A stretch of 64,000 nt of DNA, from assembly GCA_963820525.1 (NCBI GenBank), contig CAWGAA010000003.1, positions 1,014,022 through 1,078,021 on the forward strand, read 5' to 3'. This stretch comes from an uncultured Spirochaetota bacterium. Lineage in GTDB: Bacteria; Spirochaetota; Spirochaetia; SZUA-6; Fen-1364. How positions within the stretch are numbered: the stretch's first letter is position 1; the number at the start of each line of letters is the position of its first letter. This document shows, piece by piece, positions 61,175-64,000 of this stretch. The position numbers and the translations under genes are program-made. The notes beneath the pieces were generated by a model, which was not told where the DNA came from, did no database searches, and saw only the letters and a list, made by a program, of their open reading frames with translations.

Positions 61175-62016
61175 AGCTTCCCCGTTATCCCCTTGAAGAT
61201 CATCTCGAATCCAAGGAACGCGATCGTCACCGCGAACGCGATCCGAAGCGATCGTGTCCTGGCCTGAGCCAGGACACGCGTGCCGAGAAGAGACCCGACC
61301 AGCACACCCAGCATGACCGGCATGGAGAGCCCCGGATCGATGTATCCGCGGCTGAGATAGATGCCGGCGCTTGCCGCGGCCGTCACGCCGATCATGAAGT
61401 TGCTGGTGGTGGTCGAGACCTTGAAGGGCAGCCTCATGAACCGATCCATGGCGATCACCTTCACGGCCCCGGAGCCGATCCCGAGCAGCCCCGAAAGCAT
61501 CCCCGCCACCGCCATCAAGCCGAAACCCGCCGGCACGGAGCGGACGTTGTACTGCCGGAGGCCTTCAGGCGTCGGATAAGATCCATTCATGCGAAGCCGG
61601 GAAGCGATGGGATCCGGCTTTACGGCTCCCCCGTCGCTCGCCGGCTTGCGAAAGGTCAGATACGCGGAATACAAAAGAACCAGGCCGAATATCACCGCGA
61701 TGGCGCCGGGGGCGATGCTGAGCGCTACAAACGCTCCGGCCAAAGCGCCCAACGTAGTGGCGATCTCGAGAAACATTCCGATTCGGATATTGCTGAACCC
61801 TTCCCTGACATAGGCGGCGGCGGCCCCGGAAGAAGTGGCGATCACCGAAACAAGGGAAGCGCCGATTGCATATCGTATGTCGACTCCAAGTTCGAGCGTC
61901 AACAGCGGTATGATGATGACCCCTCCGCCCAGCCCCGTGAGCGATCCAAGAAATCCCGCTGCCACAGATGCTGCCGCGAGAACTCCGGAGAATCCAAGCG
62001 TTGTGAATGAAGTCAC
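61171..62016 (-). CDS. TauE/SafE family (sulfite exporter-like) membrane protein
   Basis: GSLTGLGGG, SGLLGIGSG, TTTSNFMIGVTAAAS. Confidence 0.9.
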   Translation of the reverse strand: MTSFTTLGFSGVLAAASVAAGFLGSLTGLGGGVIIIPLLTLELGVDIRYAIGASLVSVIATSSGAAAAYVREGFSNIRIGMFLEIATTLGALAGAFVALSIAPGAIAVIFGLVLLYSAYLTFRKPASDGGAVKPDPIASRLRMNGSYPTPEGLRQYNVRSVPAGFGLMAVAGMLSGLLGIGSGAVKVIAMDRFMRLPFKVSTTTSNFMIGVTAAASAGIYLSRGYIDPGLSMPVMLGVLVGSLLGTRVLAQARTRSLRIAFAVTIAFLGFEMIFKGITGKL

Positions 62017-62165
62017 GTGCCTTCCGCTCCTCGCCTTTTATACCCTGACCGGCCGCGATATTCAAATCGAGCTCCGGGGGTGAGTCTACGGTACAGCTTC
62101 AACGGGGCTCCCCGGACGCCGAGCCTGCCGCCGGCCCGGCCCCCCCTGAAAAGGACCGCCGGCCA

Positions 62166-62709
62166 CTATCGCGCCGTCTGGCGTGTTGTCTTCCCGATTG
62201 CAGGGTTCTTCTTTATCTCAAGGCGAACGGTGTAGCTTCCGTCGGTGAGCTCCTTTACGATTCGGGTGGGCGAATCTTCCACGACCTTCATGTTTGCCGC
62301 GGATCCGGATGAGCTAATTACGTAGTCTGCGGGATTCCATGTGAGATAAATATCGAAGAACTTGTCCTGCCGGTCCCACCGAAGGGCATTCCCCGGTTGA
62401 CGGTGACTTGATAGGAGAGGTAGTTGCAGTAATAGGGATAATCGTTGGCTAGGTAGTAGTTGTAGGCGGTTGTCGTGTCCGCCGCGCTGACCGCTGACCC
62501 GTTTGCATCGTCCGTGTACATCGTGTACGTACCTGTATCCAGGACATCGTAATAGAGCGCATAATCGAGGCTGTATTCTCCAGGATCCAAATGGTAGGGC
62601 TTGCCAGTATTGAAACTGGAGGGGAACCCCGGAGCCGTTACTATAAGCTGCGTGGAGTTCACGCCGAAGGTCGGCTCGAAGGTTATTTCCGTCGCGTCCT
62701 CTCTTTCAT
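62166..62709 (-). pseudogene. Degraded paralog of the adjacent Tyr-rich lipoprotein
   Basis: Middle section in ORF 62318-62806; frameshift at about 62370 to QDKFFDIYLTW...VVEDSPTRIVKELTDGSYTVRLEIKK; no signal peptide; an out-of-frame ATG AAA at 62709 may be the original start. Confidence 0.65.
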
Positions 62710-62806
62710 GGTGTGGTAAGAAAAAGCTACTGAACCGCGGGGGGAATTCAAACCTGAGAAGCGGCGATGCGGGGAGAGTTCCCGCAGGAATGGCAGGATT
62801 CAGCAC

Positions 62807-62862
62807 AAAAAAAGCCGGCCCACGGCTGAAGATCCTCCACCTCCAGCCGCAGCCCGGCTTCC
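62807..62862 (-). terminator. Rho-independent terminator after the Tyr-rich lipoprotein gene
   Basis: Minus strand AAGCCGGG...CGGCTG...CAGCCG...GCCGGCTT followed by a T run. Confidence 0.65.
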
Positions 62863-62898
62863 CGAATGCTGCTCAGAAGCAGCCTTCACAGATCCGGT

Positions 62899-63531
62899 TC
62901 AGTTTTTAGCGCCTTGCCGAACATCCGGCACGGAGTTCGCTCCCCGAGGCGTTCCTTTTTTCTGCATTGTAACCCTTATGGTGTAGGCGCCATCGGTCAA
63001 TTCTTTTACGACACGATCCGCGGAGTTTTCGATCACGCGTGCATCCGCCGCGGGGACGGCATTTGAGCTAATGCTAAAATAGGACCACCCCAGATAAAGT
63101 GTAAAATATTTGTCTGCGCCGGCCTTTAAAGGAAATGCTCCGGGGTTTGTAGTAATGTCAACGCTTATAGGGTTGTAGTAGTAGTTGTAGTAAGTGGAAA
63201 CATAATAACTATGGTTGGTGGAATAAGAGGAACCATTATAGAGGACCGTGTTGTAGCCCGCATAATAGGCATCGTTGAACTCAGAGTAGTAATACGGAGA
63301 ACTGTAGTAGTCGTAGCATAATACATAGCCGCCGCTATATGTACCTTCGGTCATCTCATAATCTGTATACATGGACCAGCTATCGGGAAAACCTTCCATA
63401 TGTGCTATCCAGTAATTCGCGTTACCGGTATCCCACGTTACCTGGAGATATGCTTTTCCAGCTTTACCGCAGCCTGTAATGGCCAGGAAGCATACAGCAA
63501 TACACATCGCGAACAGAAGTATCTTCTTCAT
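62899..63531 (-). CDS. Tyr-rich hypothetical lipoprotein
   Basis: MKKILLFAMCIAVCFLAITGC lipobox; AAGGAG RBS; Tyr/Ser/Asn-rich centre; visibly lower GC. Confidence 0.8.
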   Translation of the reverse strand: MKKILLFAMCIAVCFLAITGCGKAGKAYLQVTWDTGNANYWIAHMEGFPDSWSMYTDYEMTEGTYSGGYVLCYDYYSSPYYYSEFNDAYYAGYNTVLYNGSSYSTNHSYYVSTYYNYYYNPISVDITTNPGAFPLKAGADKYFTLYLGWSYFSISSNAVPAADARVIENSADRVVKELTDGAYTIRVTMQKKGTPRGANSVPDVRQGAKN

Positions 63532-63632
63532 ACGATTGCTCCTTCCCGTTTAGCGAACATCTTGTTCGGGACTTCGAAAAACAAGTTTATCACCTCTTTC
63601 ATCGGTTTTCAACTTTTCTCCTAAGTTTGCGC

Positions 63633-64000
63633 TCACTTCACCACGACCGACATATTAACACGTATTGGTAGATCGATAGTCCAATCCTTTTTCCCGGTGG
63701 CGCCAATGGCCGCTGAATAGAGTGTCCCAGAGGCCGCCCGTGGCGTTGTAGAACCGACTGAACCGTTACCGGAATCCATGAGAGGCCCTGTGCCGGACCC
63801 GCCATACTGCTGATAATTGAAGAAATCAATCGATCCAAGATTGTAAGATGTGCCTCCACCAGTGGATGTAAAAAAGTTACCGGTATTGTAATGGTAGCCA
63901 GCCGGCGCATCCGTTCGGTCCGAAAGGAGCACCGCCGCGCTCCAGCACTGGAAGATCTGGGAAAGTGTCTCGGTCCTGCCCGTAAACGCGGAGACCGCAT
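63633..64000 (-). CDS. C-terminus of a probable M30 (hyicolysin-like) peptidase, partial
   Basis: Open frame from the window end: WSAAVLLSDRTDAPAGYHYNTG...YNLGSIDFFNY...MSVVVK, resembling C-termini of spirochaete M30-family proteins as recalled; catalytic motif is outside the window. Confidence 0.5.
   Translation of the reverse strand, partial: AVSAFTGRTETLSQIFQCWSAAVLLSDRTDAPAGYHYNTGNFFTSTGGGTSYNLGSIDFFNYQQYGGSGTGPLMDSGNGSVGSTTPRAASGTLYSAAIGATGKKDWTIDLPIRVNMSVVVK

Overview
GC-rich bacterial chromosome segment, most likely from a free-living anaerobic spirochaete. That assignment is inferred from the FtsK / soluble lytic transglycosylase / Hsp70-like-LysM / TPR-Mrr-like / rsmG-mnmG-mnmE block, an M30-like protein and an Rnf operon. 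No rRNA, tRNA, CRISPR array, prophage or intact IS was recognised. Contents in order: sugar ABC operon with a YesN-type regulator; AAA+/VWA pair; TetR-MMPL-LolA-like-outer-membrane-barrel operon; histone-like protein; hisI-hisG-P-type ATPase-thyA-folA; OmpR/HK system enclosing a triple-PDZ protein; Lhr helicase and M48 peptidases; rnfCDGEAB; a cluster of N-terminally anchored PIMT, LysM-PKD-C39 protein and SpeE-like membrane protein; GH16; ftsK and slt (each with a 1-nt frameshift); tRNA/rRNA modification genes; a lower-GC end with Tyr-rich lipoprotein paralogs. The most notable observations are (i) the PIMT/C39/SpeE-like envelope cluster, (ii) an Hsp70 substrate-binding domain-TM-LysM protein in the slt-ftsK unit, (iii) at least six gene relics, most collapsed by large internal deletions, and (iv) a protease-less triple-PDZ protein inside a two-component operon. 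All family assignments are by motif recognition; no database searches were run.
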